Source: Bacteroidota bacterium (GTDB taxonomy: Bacteria; Bacteroidota; Bacteroidia; Chitinophagales; Chitinophagaceae). Taken from it: a stretch of DNA of 32,000 bases. Under the pieces are notes generated by a model. That model ran no database searches, had not been told where the DNA came from, and worked only from the letters and a program-made list of their open reading frames with translations. The stretch lies in contig JAFDXI010000043.1 in assembly GCA_018268035.1 (NCBI GenBank), positions 17,169 through 49,168 of the forward strand. Direction: 5' to 3'. Position numbers and translations under genes: made by a program. Below are positions 19,192 to 32,000 of the stretch, one piece after another; within the stretch, counting starts at the first letter, position 1, and each line of letters begins with the position of its first letter.

Positions 19192-19221
19192 AATATAGGC
19201 AGGGTGCATCCTGCCTATATT
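19192..19221 (+). other. Perfect 12-bp-stem hairpin after the susD-like gene (attenuator, processing or stability element; no T-tract)
   Basis: AATATAGGCAGG (19192..19203), a GTGCAT loop, then CCTGCCTATATT (19210..19221). It lies 22 nt after the SusD stop and is followed by ACTTCTCC, not a U-run. Confidence 0.6.
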
Positions 19222-19364
19222 ACTTCTCCTGATTGATTTTATAAAATCAATAAGCTATTTGTAAATTATTATTAGCACTGAATACTGTATATTCAGGTGA
19301 GATTTATACTTCGAAGTATTAAATTCAAAAAGGATTTTATTACTTTTTTATTTGTCTATCCATA

Positions 19365-22300
19365 ATGAAAATGAGAACTTTTTTTTATTTGTTAGTAGCG
19401 GTCTTATGTACGGTTACCAATGCTCATTCCCAAAAAAATGATTGGGAAAACCCGGAGCTGTCTTCATACAATACAGTGAAGCCGCATGCATATTTTATTC
19501 CTTATGAATCTGAAAAAGCAGCGTTGAAAGCAGACACATCTGCATTTGTCATGTCATTGGATGGTATATGGAAATTTAATATTGTAAAAAATCCCGGAGA
19601 CCGCCCGGTTGATTTTTATAAAAATGATTTTGATGTAAGTGGATGGAAAAATATTAAAGTGCCTGCCAACTGGCAGACTGAAGGATATGATAGTTACATC
19701 TTTACTGATGTGGAATATCCTATACCACCCAACCCGCCGTATGTGCCAAAAGATTTCAACCCGGTTGGTTCTTATAAAAGAAATTTTGAGTTGCCGAAAA
19801 AATGGAATGGAAAAGATGTATTCATCAGGTTGGGTGCAGTCAATTCTTTTTTTTATTTATGGATTAACGGAAAATATGTTGGCTTTCACAAAGACAGTAA
19901 AACACCCGGAGAATTTGATATAACACCATACTTAATACCAGGGAAAAATATTGTTGCATTGCAGGTGTTTCGTTTTAGTGATGGCACATACCTTGAAGGT
20001 CAGGATATGTGGAAACTCAGTGGCATTGAAAGAAATGTATGTCTTATTACAAGGTCAAAAACTTCCGTTCGTGATTTTTTTATTAAAGCAGGATTAGATG
20101 AAAATTATGCAAACGGAATTTTCAATCTGGATATAGAATTAAACCGTCTTGAAAAAGAAGATGCATCAAAATCGTTGCGGGTAATATTGTTGGATGATAT
20201 CAGTGGGAAACCTCTGTATGATAGAAAAGAATTTCTTGCACAAAAAAATTTTCATTTCAATACAACAATAGCTGATGTCCGGAAATGGACTGCAGAGACA
20301 CCTAATCTCTACACAGTTGTTATAAACCTGTTAGACAAAAATGGAAAAGTGATAGAATCCATTGCACATAAAACCGGTTTCAGGACTGTTGAAATAAAAC
20401 ATGGATTGTTTTTGGTAAATGGCAAAGCGATAAAAATAAAAGGCGCTAACCGTCATGAGCATGATATGTTTACTGCGAATGTGATAACACCTGCATTGAT
20501 GCTGAAAGATATTGAACTGATGAAACAATATAACATCAATGCAGTACGTACCAGTCATTATCCAAATAATGAAAAGTGGTATGAGCTCTGTAACCAATAC
20601 GGAATCTATGTGGTTGATGAAGCCAACATTGAATGTGATGGCATGAGTTTTTCACCTTTAAAAACTTTATCTGATAAACCGGAATGGAAAGCTGCATACC
20701 TCGCAAGGACTTCAGCCATGTTTGAAAGAGATAAAAATTTTTCATGCATTGTAACCTGGTCTTTGGGAAATGAAAGCCGCTTTGGTGAAAATTTTATTGC
20801 CACTTACAAATATTTAAAAGAGAATGATAACACCAGGCCTGTGCAATATGAAGAAGCACAGAATACACCTTACACTGATATCATTCCCCCGATGTATAAA
20901 AACCTGGGTGTGATGATGGAGTATGTAAAAGAGTGGAGGCCTAAACCTTTTATTCAATGTGAGTATGCACACATGATGGGAAATAGTGGCGGCAACCTGG
21001 AAGACGATTGGGATTTGATGTATAAATATGACCAGTTGCAGGGTGGTTTTATCTGGGACTTTGTGGACCAGACTTTTAAGATAAAAGATAAGAAAGGAAG
21101 GGATATATGGGGATATGGACGTGATATGGGCATCGTTGGAGCAACGAGTGATACAAGCTTTCCTGCAGATGCAATTTTTGCTGCAGACCGCACTCCTCAT
21201 CCACAGGCTTTTGAATTGAAAAAAGTTTATCAGAATGTTTATTTTGAAACAGTGCCACTCAGCGATAATGAAATAAAAATCACCAACAGGTATGATTTTA
21301 CTGACTTAAATAAATACATCATCCGGTGGAATATAAAAGCTGATGGTAAAATAATTTCACAGGGTGAATTGCCTTCAATTAATTTATCACCCGGTCAATC
21401 AACGATTGTTGTCATTCCATTTCCAGAAATAAATGTGCAGCCACGCACAGAATATTTTTTGAATCTTGAAGCAATTACAAAAGATGCGGCTCCATTGGTT
21501 CCTGCAGGGTTCACTGTGGCTACTGAGCAATTCAGGTTGCCATATTATGATGCTTCGTCATTGCCATCAATAATGGGTTTTCAACCATTGCATGAAGAAA
21601 AAGATGGAAACAGTATCATCATAAAAGGAGAAAAATTTTCTGTGTCTTTTGACAGGAATAAAGGTTTGTTAAATGGATACAGTATAAATAAAAATGAAAT
21701 CATTCAGGAAGCATTGCAACCACATTTCTGGCGGGCAGCGACGGATAATGATATCGGCAACAGTCAGCAGGTTCGTTGTGCTGTGTGGCAACATGCGTTT
21801 GATGATGCAAAGCTTACTTCATTTTTTATTGATACATCCAATGAGTTGGCGTATAAAATAAAAACAATTCATTTGCTGCCTTCTGTTAATGCACAGTATA
21901 TCACATCGTACATTATAAAAGCAGATGGCGATGTGAAAATAAATGCAACCATGCTGGCTGGTGATTCTTCATTACCTGAGTTGCCGCGTTTTGGTATGAG
22001 GGTGATTTTAAATAGTGGTTATGATGAGGCGAAATGGCTGGGCAGGGGACCGTTTGATAATTATTCCGACAGGAAATACGCAGCTAACGTTGATGTATTT
22101 GCGATGCCCGCTGATTCATTGTTTCATCCTTATGCACGTGCTCAGGAAAGTGGTTATCGTACGGATGCACGGTGGGTGGGTTTGTTCAATAAACAAGGAG
22201 AAGGATTGGTGGCTGTGGCAGATTCACTCATTAGTACGGGTATTCTGCATTTCAACATGAACCGGCTTGACTTCGACCGTTATGCACCTGAAAATAATCA

Positions 22301-22493
22301 TGGCGGTTCTATGGATAATGATAGTTTAATCTGGTGGAATATTGATTATGCACAATGTGGAGTTGGAGGTGATAATGCCTGGGGAGCAAAGCCACATTCG
22401 GAATACCAGTTGCCTTACAGGAATTATTCATATTCATTTACGTTGAGGCCTGTGTTTGCAGGAAAAGATGTGGTGGAAGTTGCAAAGAAGTAG
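19365..22493 (+). CDS. Beta-galactosidase, glycoside hydrolase family 2 (LacZ-like, five-domain), periplasmic
   Basis: 1042 aa with a signal peptide (..VTNAHS-QKN). It contains NDWENPE, the acid/base block TWSLGNES, the nucleophile block IQCEYAHMMGNSGGN and the domain-5 block HFWRAATDNDIG. It is colinear with E. coli LacZ as I remember it. Confidence 0.95.
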   Translation: MKMRTFFYLLVAVLCTVTNAHSQKNDWENPELSSYNTVKPHAYFIPYESEKAALKADTSAFVMSLDGIWKFNIVKNPGDRPVDFYKNDFDVSGWKNIKVPANWQTEGYDSYIFTDVEYPIPPNPPYVPKDFNPVGSYKRNFELPKKWNGKDVFIRLGAVNSFFYLWINGKYVGFHKDSKTPGEFDITPYLIPGKNIVALQVFRFSDGTYLEGQDMWKLSGIERNVCLITRSKTSVRDFFIKAGLDENYANGIFNLDIELNRLEKEDASKSLRVILLDDISGKPLYDRKEFLAQKNFHFNTTIADVRKWTAETPNLYTVVINLLDKNGKVIESIAHKTGFRTVEIKHGLFLVNGKAIKIKGANRHEHDMFTANVITPALMLKDIELMKQYNINAVRTSHYPNNEKWYELCNQYGIYVVDEANIECDGMSFSPLKTLSDKPEWKAAYLARTSAMFERDKNFSCIVTWSLGNESRFGENFIATYKYLKENDNTRPVQYEEAQNTPYTDIIPPMYKNLGVMMEYVKEWRPKPFIQCEYAHMMGNSGGNLEDDWDLMYKYDQLQGGFIWDFVDQTFKIKDKKGRDIWGYGRDMGIVGATSDTSFPADAIFAADRTPHPQAFELKKVYQNVYFETVPLSDNEIKITNRYDFTDLNKYIIRWNIKADGKIISQGELPSINLSPGQSTIVVIPFPEINVQPRTEYFLNLEAITKDAAPLVPAGFTVATEQFRLPYYDASSLPSIMGFQPLHEEKDGNSIIIKGEKFSVSFDRNKGLLNGYSINKNEIIQEALQPHFWRAATDNDIGNSQQVRCAVWQHAFDDAKLTSFFIDTSNELAYKIKTIHLLPSVNAQYITSYIIKADGDVKINATMLAGDSSLPELPRFGMRVILNSGYDEAKWLGRGPFDNYSDRKYAANVDVFAMPADSLFHPYARAQESGYRTDARWVGLFNKQGEGLVAVADSLISTGILHFNMNRLDFDRYAPENNHGGSMDNDSLIWWNIDYAQCGVGGDNAWGAKPHSEYQLPYRNYSYSFTLRPVFAGKDVVEVAKK

Positions 22494-22670
22494 AAGCATA
22501 TTTATATGTGACTAAAGTTAAATAATTGAGTCTATCACTTCAAAGTAGCATTGAGATTAAATTGAGAAAAACAAATGTTTTACCACAAATATTCAAAGAC
22601 ACAAAGTATCACTAAGAAACAAATTGAAAAGACCATTGTCAAGCTTTCTGACTTCGTGTCTTTGCGGTAA

Positions 22671-26991
<4,321 letters not shown>

Positions 26992-27031
26992 GAAACTGTA
27001 TTGTGAATTTTGATTCAACCCATCATAAATC

Positions 27032-27076
27032 AAAAGTGCAATTGATATCAATCATTCAGCTGCACTTTTTTATTTT
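27032..27076. terminator. Bidirectional intrinsic terminator between convergent genes
   Basis: AAAAGTGCA (27032..27040) pairs with TGCACTTTT (27061..27069), with an internal palindrome ATTGATATCAAT. It is followed by TTTTTTATTTT on the plus strand and by a moderately T-rich tract on the minus strand. Confidence 0.6.
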
Positions 27077-27097
27077 AAAACATTGATGTATTTCCAT

Positions 27098-28009
27098 TCA
27101 CACTTTCAAAACATTGGCAAGGTAATTATAACTTTCTTTGATGCTGCTCATCGGATCTTTAGGCATATCATGCTCAACAAAAAAATGTTTCATGCCAGCA
27201 GCAGATGCTTTTTCAAATATTCTTTTAAAATCAATCGTACCCATTCCAACGGGCATTATGTTTTCAAGTGAGGCATCAAGATCTTTGACGTGCCAAAGCG
27301 GGAATCGACCAGGATTTTTCTTAAACATTTCAACAGGATCCCTTTTGCCTTTTATTGCCCATGCCAGGTCGAGTTCCATCTGCATGGTACCTTCTGTAAG
27401 TAGTATGTCATAAGGAATTTTTCCTTCCACTTCATGAAATTCCATATCATGGTTATGATAGGCAAATGTGATGCCTGCCTTTTTACAAGCTTCATCTGTT
27501 TTGTTTAGTACTTCAACAGAAGATTTTATTTCATCCAGTGTGCCTGTTGGTATATTGGCACAAACCAGGTATTCCACGCCTCCGTCTGCTGCTTCATCTA
27601 CCAGTTCCTGCATATTTTCTTTCAGATTCCTCATTGGAGGAATAGTGATTGGTTTCCCATTTGCATCTGTTGGCAATTTTGCACCTTTTGGTAATTTGAA
27701 AGGTGCACCCAATACATGATGTGATTTCCAACTCATTCCCATGCCGCTTAACATCGCTGCAAATTCTTTTGGCTTCATTCCATAATAACCTCCTTTTTTG
27801 CTGAATGCCGATTCAATTTCTTTGTATCCAACATCAGCAATTTTTTGTAAGGTGCCCTGTACATCTTCATCAATAATATTAAAGAAAGTAAAGAGCTGCA
27901 AACCGATTGCATGTTGTGAAGGGTAAGAACCTGCGAACATCTTATTTGAAATTAATAGTGAACCTAAAGTTGCATAACCTGAGTTTTTAATGAATGTTCT
28001 TCTGCGCAT
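27098..28009 (-). CDS. Tat-exported xylose-isomerase-like TIM-barrel protein (sugar phosphate isomerase/epimerase family)
   Basis: Start moved to the first ATG (MRRRTFIKNSGYATLGSLL), a twin-arginine signal of the RRxFIK type. Family blocks: GYKEIE, FAYHNHDMEF, LWHVKDL, FFVEHD. The tracked TTG start at 28069 adds 20 unsupported residues. Confidence 0.85.
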   Translation of the reverse strand: MRRRTFIKNSGYATLGSLLISNKMFAGSYPSQHAIGLQLFTFFNIIDEDVQGTLQKIADVGYKEIESAFSKKGGYYGMKPKEFAAMLSGMGMSWKSHHVLGAPFKLPKGAKLPTDANGKPITIPPMRNLKENMQELVDEAADGGVEYLVCANIPTGTLDEIKSSVEVLNKTDEACKKAGITFAYHNHDMEFHEVEGKIPYDILLTEGTMQMELDLAWAIKGKRDPVEMFKKNPGRFPLWHVKDLDASLENIMPVGMGTIDFKRIFEKASAAGMKHFFVEHDMPKDPMSSIKESYNYLANVLKV

Positions 28010-28413
28010 CAGATTTTTTTTAATAGTGATTAATATTTTGAAATAAACATTTATTAACCCTGTCTTCAAAATAAATTAGTATGACAAGCATTCAATGTTC
28101 GGTTTGAAAAATAAACATTTTGTAGAAATAAAAGTATAATGGTATTTCTTTTCTCTAAATGATTTTTTTACATCAGTGTCAAACTTACAGCCGTTAGTTG
28201 AGTTCAATCAATAACCTGGGAAGTGGAATATTGAAATTGCGTTTTTCTGTTTGCTTTTCTGATATCAGGTGAGCATTTCAATGGTGAACAAACATGCGTT
28301 TCATAAAAAATGTAAGAGGGATCATTACTCAAAAACAATCAATCATCTTGTAAAAACTGTTACCATGTAATTAACATTATCAGATTAACAACAAAAAATA
28401 ACCTGCTGGCCGT

Positions 28414-28421
28414 TACATTTG
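28414..28421 (+). promoter_or_regulatory. Candidate -7 promoter box (TACATTTG) for carB
   Basis: Exact TAnnTTTG match 17 nt upstream of the ATG at 28438. Confidence 0.45.
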
Positions 28422-28437
28422 CACAATTTGTTTTGAT

Positions 28438-30084
28438 ATGCCAAAAGATAATTCTATTAAATCTGTTTTAATTATTGGTTCAGGACCCATCATTATTGGA
28501 CAGGCTTGCGAGTTTGATTACAGTGGTTCACAAGCAGCACGGAGTTTGCGGGAAGAAGGAATAAAAGTTGTGCTCATCAACAGCAACCCTGCTACTATCA
28601 TGACCGATCCGATGATGGCAGATAAAGTTTATTTATTACCATTGACAGTAGAAAGCCTTGAACAGATTTTAGAAGAAAATGACATAGATGCTGTGTTGCC
28701 TACAATGGGTGGGCAAACTGCATTAAACCTTTGTATTGAAGCCGATGAACTTGGTGTTTGGGATAAATATAAAGTGCGTTTGATTGGTGTGGATGTAGAT
28801 GCGATAAAAGTGGCGGAAGACAGGGAAAAGTTCAGACAATTAATGTTTGAAATTGGAATCAAAGTCGCTCCAAGCCATGTTGCCAATAGTTTTTTAGAAG
28901 GAAAAGAATTTGCACAGCAGATTGGTTTCCCATTAGTGATTCGCCCATCATTTACTTTAGGTGGAACAGGCGGCGGTTTTGTACATGATAAATCAGAATT
29001 GGATGATGCGTTGCAGCGTGGCTTGCAGGCTTCTCCTATTCATGAAGTGTTGGTGGAAAAAGCAGTGTTGGGGTGGAAAGAATTTGAACTCGAATTGTTG
29101 CGCGATAAAAATGATAATGTTGTTATCATCTGTACAGTTGAAAACCTTGACCCGATGGGAATTCATACCGGCGATTCCATAACAGTAGCGCCTGCGATGA
29201 CGTTGAGCGATACAGCCTACCAGGAAATGCGCAACCAGGCTATGAAGATGATGCGCAGCCTTGGCAATTTTGCCGGTGGTTGTAATGTGCAGTTTGCATT
29301 GAACCCTGAAACGGAAGAAATTATTGGGGTAGAAATAAATCCAAGGGTGAGCCGCTCTTCTGCGTTGGCAAGCAAGGCCACAGGATATCCAATCGCTAAG
29401 ATTGCTGCAAAACTGGCAATAGGTTATTCACTGGATGAATTAAAAAATCAGATTACAAAAACGACATCTGCATATTTTGAACCAGCATTGGATTATGTGA
29501 TTGTAAAAATGCCGCGCTGGAATTTTGATAAATTCAAAGGCGCTAATGATACACTCGGTTTACAAATGAAAAGTGTAGGCGAGGTTATGGCTATCGGCAG
29601 GAGCTTCAACGAAGCCATTCAAAAAGCATGTCAGAGTTTGGAAAATGAAGCAGTGGGTTTAGGTTATTATGGCAAGAGCCTTATGAAGAGTGATGAGTTG
29701 ATTGAATACATCAAGACACCAAAATGGGATCGCATCTTTCGCATCAAAGATGCATTGATGCAGGGGGTAACAGCTAAAACTATTGTGCAGGAAACTTATA
29801 TTGACCGTTGGTTTATTTACCAGATACAGGAATTGGTAAGAATCGAAAAAGTATTAGCACATCATACGTTGGAAGATTTGCCTGTAGAGTTGTTGAAAGA
29901 AGCCAAGCGCAATGGCTTCAGTGATGAACAAATTGCACGTATCTTAAAGGATAACACTACTTCAGAACAGGTGTATGAAAAACGAAAAGCTTTAGGTATT
30001 ACAAGGGTGTATAAAATGGTAGATACCTGCAGTGCAGAGTTTGAAGCAAAGACCCCTTACTTCTATAGTTCGTTTGAAGGATAA
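28438..30084 (+). CDS. carB: Carbamoyl-phosphate synthase large subunit, N-terminal half only (first ATP-grasp/carboxyphosphate domain plus oligomerisation domain)
   Basis: 548 aa. The canonical CarB N-terminus is present ([25 protein letters not shown]), with ATP-grasp blocks ([69 protein letters not shown]). It ends ..[24 protein letters not shown], at the point where full-length CarB continues into its second half. Confidence 0.9.
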   Translation: MPKDNSIKSVLIIGSGPIIIGQACEFDYSGSQAARSLREEGIKVVLINSNPATIMTDPMMADKVYLLPLTVESLEQILEENDIDAVLPTMGGQTALNLCIEADELGVWDKYKVRLIGVDVDAIKVAEDREKFRQLMFEIGIKVAPSHVANSFLEGKEFAQQIGFPLVIRPSFTLGGTGGGFVHDKSELDDALQRGLQASPIHEVLVEKAVLGWKEFELELLRDKNDNVVIICTVENLDPMGIHTGDSITVAPAMTLSDTAYQEMRNQAMKMMRSLGNFAGGCNVQFALNPETEEIIGVEINPRVSRSSALASKATGYPIAKIAAKLAIGYSLDELKNQITKTTSAYFEPALDYVIVKMPRWNFDKFKGANDTLGLQMKSVGEVMAIGRSFNEAIQKACQSLENEAVGLGYYGKSLMKSDELIEYIKTPKWDRIFRIKDALMQGVTAKTIVQETYIDRWFIYQIQELVRIEKVLAHHTLEDLPVELLKEAKRNGFSDEQIARILKDNTTSEQVYEKRKALGITRVYKMVDTCSAEFEAKTPYFYSSFEG

Positions 30085-30101
30085 TATACAAACAAAAATC
30101 A

Positions 30102-30138
30102 GGAACGGATAATGAATATACATCCGTTCTTGTTTTTT
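30102..30138. terminator. Intrinsic terminator shared by carB (N-half) and the convergent ferritin gene
   Basis: GGAACGGAT (30102..30110) pairs with ATCCGTTCT (30122..30130), including one terminal G-U pair, around an 11-nt loop. It is followed by TGTTTTTT. It lies 18 nt after the carB stop and 15 nt before the ferritin stop on the other strand. Confidence 0.7.
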
Positions 30139-30152
30139 ATGCATATCAGGTT

Positions 30153-30650
30153 TTATTCATTACCCATCAACATGATATCACGGTCGAATAAATACAAACC
30201 GCTTTTGTCGTCACCAATCAATTCCAATTTATCATTACATTCCCTGGCCAGTTTTTCTTCTTCTATTTGTTCGTTTACATACCACTGTAAAAAATTATGT
30301 GTTGCATAATCTTTTTCATTGAGCGCTATATCCACCAGTTCATTGATGCTGTTGCTCACATTTACTTCATGCCTGAACAATTCTTCAAAAGCTTTTTTTA
30401 GTGATACAAAGGTGAGCGTAGGTTGTACCAGTGCTGGTATTATTGCAAAGCCACCGCGTTCATTGATGTATTGGATGAGCTTCAGCATGTGCATCCTTTC
30501 TTCATCACTGTGCTTAAAGAAAAACTGAGTAACACCTTTTAAACCTGGTTGAATGTCGGCCCAACTTGCCATGGCAAGATATGCCTGTGATGATTGTGCT
30601 TCAACAAGAACCTGCTTGTTTAATGCATCCTGTATTGTTTTTGATAACAT
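30153..30650 (-). CDS. ftn: Ferritin (bacterial non-haem Ftn)
   Basis: Start set to the first ATG (MLSKTIQDALNKQV..); the tracked TTG start at 30686 adds 12 residues. Ferroxidase-centre blocks resemble E. coli FtnA: VEAQSSQAYLAMASW, EERMHMLKLIQYI, HEVNVSNSINEL, DYATHNFLQWYVNEQIEEE. Confidence 0.9.
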   Translation of the reverse strand: MLSKTIQDALNKQVLVEAQSSQAYLAMASWADIQPGLKGVTQFFFKHSDEERMHMLKLIQYINERGGFAIIPALVQPTLTFVSLKKAFEELFRHEVNVSNSINELVDIALNEKDYATHNFLQWYVNEQIEEEKLARECNDKLELIGDDKSGLYLFDRDIMLMGNE

Positions 30651-30830
30651 AGCCGTTTGTTTTTTACAAAGAAAGTGATTTATCAAATTTCAACAATTAT
30701 TAATGCAGGGAAATAAAATTTAATTATTATTGCTACTTAATAATTATGAGCCATTTGAATATATTCGTTGTGTTTACAAAGGGTATTATAAAATCAATTC
30801 TCAATCAATCATTCGAATAAATAAAAACGT

Positions 30831-32000
30831 ATGAAATCAACTACTCGGGTTTCGCTCGCTATCATGATGTTTTTTCAATTTTTTATCTGGGGTGCGTGGT
30901 TTGTTACGATGGGTACTTATTTAGGTAGTGCAGCTATTAATGCTAATGGAAGTGAAATTGCTACTGCTTATTTAAGTCAAAGCATCGGGGCAGTAATTGC
31001 ACCATTTATTGTTGGTTTAATTGCTGATAAATTTTTTAATGCTGAAAGAATATTGAGTGTGTTGCATTTTGCAGGAGCAGTTATGTTGTGGTTATGTTCT
31101 ACTGCAACAGACTACAGTTCATTTGTTACATATATCATGATTTATATGATCCTTTATATGCCTACACTTGCGTTAGTAAATTCAATTTGTTTAAGACAGA
31201 TGAGTAATCCTAATGCAGAATTCCCGATTATACGTGTCTTGGGTAGTATAGGCTGGATTGTTGCAGGGTTAATCATAGGCTGGCTGGGTTGGGAACAAAA
31301 AGATGCTACCACACAACTAACACAGTTGCAGCTCACATTTAAGATGGCTGCCGGAGCAGCAGCTCTATTAGGATTATATAGTTTTAGTTTGCCAAAAACA
31401 CCGCCAGCAAAAAAAGGTGTCAAAACATCTGTTGGAGAAATTATGGGTTTGGATGCAATTCGATTATTAAAGAAACGCTCCTATTTAATTTTCTTTCTTG
31501 CATCAATAGCAATTTGTATTCCGCTTTCATTTTATTATAATTTCACCAATCCTTTTTTAAATGAAATAGGAATGAAAGGCGCTGCCGGTAAACAAACTTT
31601 CGGACAAATGTCAGAAGTGTTGTTTATGATTCTGATGCCTTTATTCTTCGCAAGATTGGGAGTAAAGAAAATGCTGGCATTTGCTATGCTTGCATGGGCA
31701 ATCCGTTATGTTTTCTTCGCTTATGGTAATACTACAAGTCTTGACTGGATGTTGCTCGGTGGTATTATACTTCATGGTATTTGTTATGATTTCTTTTTTG
31801 TTACCGGGCAGATTTATACTGATAACAATGCTGGTGTAAAATTTCAAAGCGCTGCACAGGGTTTCATTACTTTGGCAACTTATGGTGTAGGTATGTTGAT
31901 CGGAACTATTCTGTCAGGGAAAATTGTTGATAATTATACAGTAAATGGAGTACACGACTGGAAAGCAATCTGGGTCATCCCAGGAGGGATTGCCGTTGTA
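30831..32000 (+). CDS. NupG/XapB-family nucleoside:H+ symporter (MFS), 3'-partial at the window edge
   Basis: This ORF is not in the ORF track because it runs off the window. My own translation from the ATG at 30831 is open for 390 codons. It begins MKSTTRVSLAIMMFFQFFIWGAWFVTMGTYL and continues ..IGAVIAPFIVGLIADKFF..MPTLALVNSI..FPIIRVLGSIGWIVAG..QMSEVLFMILMPLFFARLGVKKM..ICYDFFFVTGQIY..SAAQGFITLATYGVGMLIG. It is colinear with E. coli NupG as I remember it. Confidence 0.85.
   Translation, partial: MKSTTRVSLAIMMFFQFFIWGAWFVTMGTYLGSAAINANGSEIATAYLSQSIGAVIAPFIVGLIADKFFNAERILSVLHFAGAVMLWLCSTATDYSSFVTYIMIYMILYMPTLALVNSICLRQMSNPNAEFPIIRVLGSIGWIVAGLIIGWLGWEQKDATTQLTQLQLTFKMAAGAAALLGLYSFSLPKTPPAKKGVKTSVGEIMGLDAIRLLKKRSYLIFFLASIAICIPLSFYYNFTNPFLNEIGMKGAAGKQTFGQMSEVLFMILMPLFFARLGVKKMLAFAMLAWAIRYVFFAYGNTTSLDWMLLGGIILHGICYDFFFVTGQIYTDNNAGVKFQSAAQGFITLATYGVGMLIGTILSGKIVDNYTVNGVHDWKAIWVIPGGIAVV

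Noticed and set aside
20331-21258. Cluster of minus-strand ORFs (60-128 aa) inside the GH2 gene. Similar nested or antisense ORFs lie at 2466..2809, 3749..4538, 4949..5191, 15112..16543, 18105..19025, 23060..24201, 24439..24639, 24956..26563, 27083..27719, 28629..29182 and 31154..31847
   Set aside because: Each lies fully within, or antisense to, a strongly supported long gene. They have odd composition (Cys/His/Phe-rich) and no motifs, as is typical of shadow ORFs.
28010-28069. TTG-initiated 20-codon extension of the TIM-barrel ORF; likewise the 12-codon TTG extension of ferritin (30651..30686)
   Set aside because: In both cases the first ATG yields the expected N-terminus (a Tat signal, and the ferritin helix A start). 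The extensions are AT-rich intergenic-like sequence.
28438-30084. Reading carB as a frameshifted full-length gene or an assembly artefact
   Set aside because: The stop falls exactly at the inter-half domain boundary. A well-formed terminator and a complete convergent ferritin gene follow. No downstream frame contains CarB-like sequence. A truncated paralogue still cannot be excluded, as discussed in the carB finding.
30651-30830. Possible Fur-type iron box in the ferritin/nupG divergent region (AATTATTAATG, AATTATTATTG and AATAATTATGA motifs; TTTACAAAG present twice)
   Set aside because: The region is simply very AT-rich. None of the motifs matches the 19-bp Fur consensus convincingly, and the relevant Bacteroidota regulator motif is not known to me.

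Overview
The window looks like a chromosomal segment from a Bacteroidota bacterium. Supporting signs are a SusC/SusD pair, a T9SS C-terminal sorting domain, lipoprotein signal peptides, TAnnTTTG -7 promoter boxes 15-32 nt upstream of several start codons, and no obvious Shine-Dalgarno sites. All homology calls come from motifs I recognise in the translated ORFs; I ran no database search.

Layout, left to right:
- A multiply disrupted ORF6N-domain pseudogene that runs off the left edge, followed by a 680-bp AT-rich non-coding stretch.
- Housekeeping genes: lspA, a lipoprotein gene, fumC and a beta-lactamase-fold serine hydrolase.
- Two secreted proteins: a cysteine-rich alpha/beta hydrolase and a seven-repeat delta-60 protein with a T9SS tail.
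- An ABC-2 exporter pair and a META/HslJ-like lipoprotein.
- A polysaccharide-utilisation-type locus at 12408..26991: TPR/LuxR membrane regulator, SusC, SusD, GH2 beta-galactosidase, GH63 YgjK-like alpha-glucosidase, and a fused hydroxylysine-kinase-like / AGXT2L-type phospho-lyase.
- A Tat-exported xylose-isomerase-like TIM-barrel protein, a stand-alone N-terminal half of carB, ferritin, and a 3'-partial NupG-family nucleoside permease.

Main finding: the enzyme set of this locus matches, bond for bond, Glc-alpha1,2-Gal-beta-O-hydroxylysine, the collagen-type O-glycan. This is an inference, and I know of no described PUL for that substrate.

I saw no tRNA, rRNA, CRISPR array, transposase or integrase.
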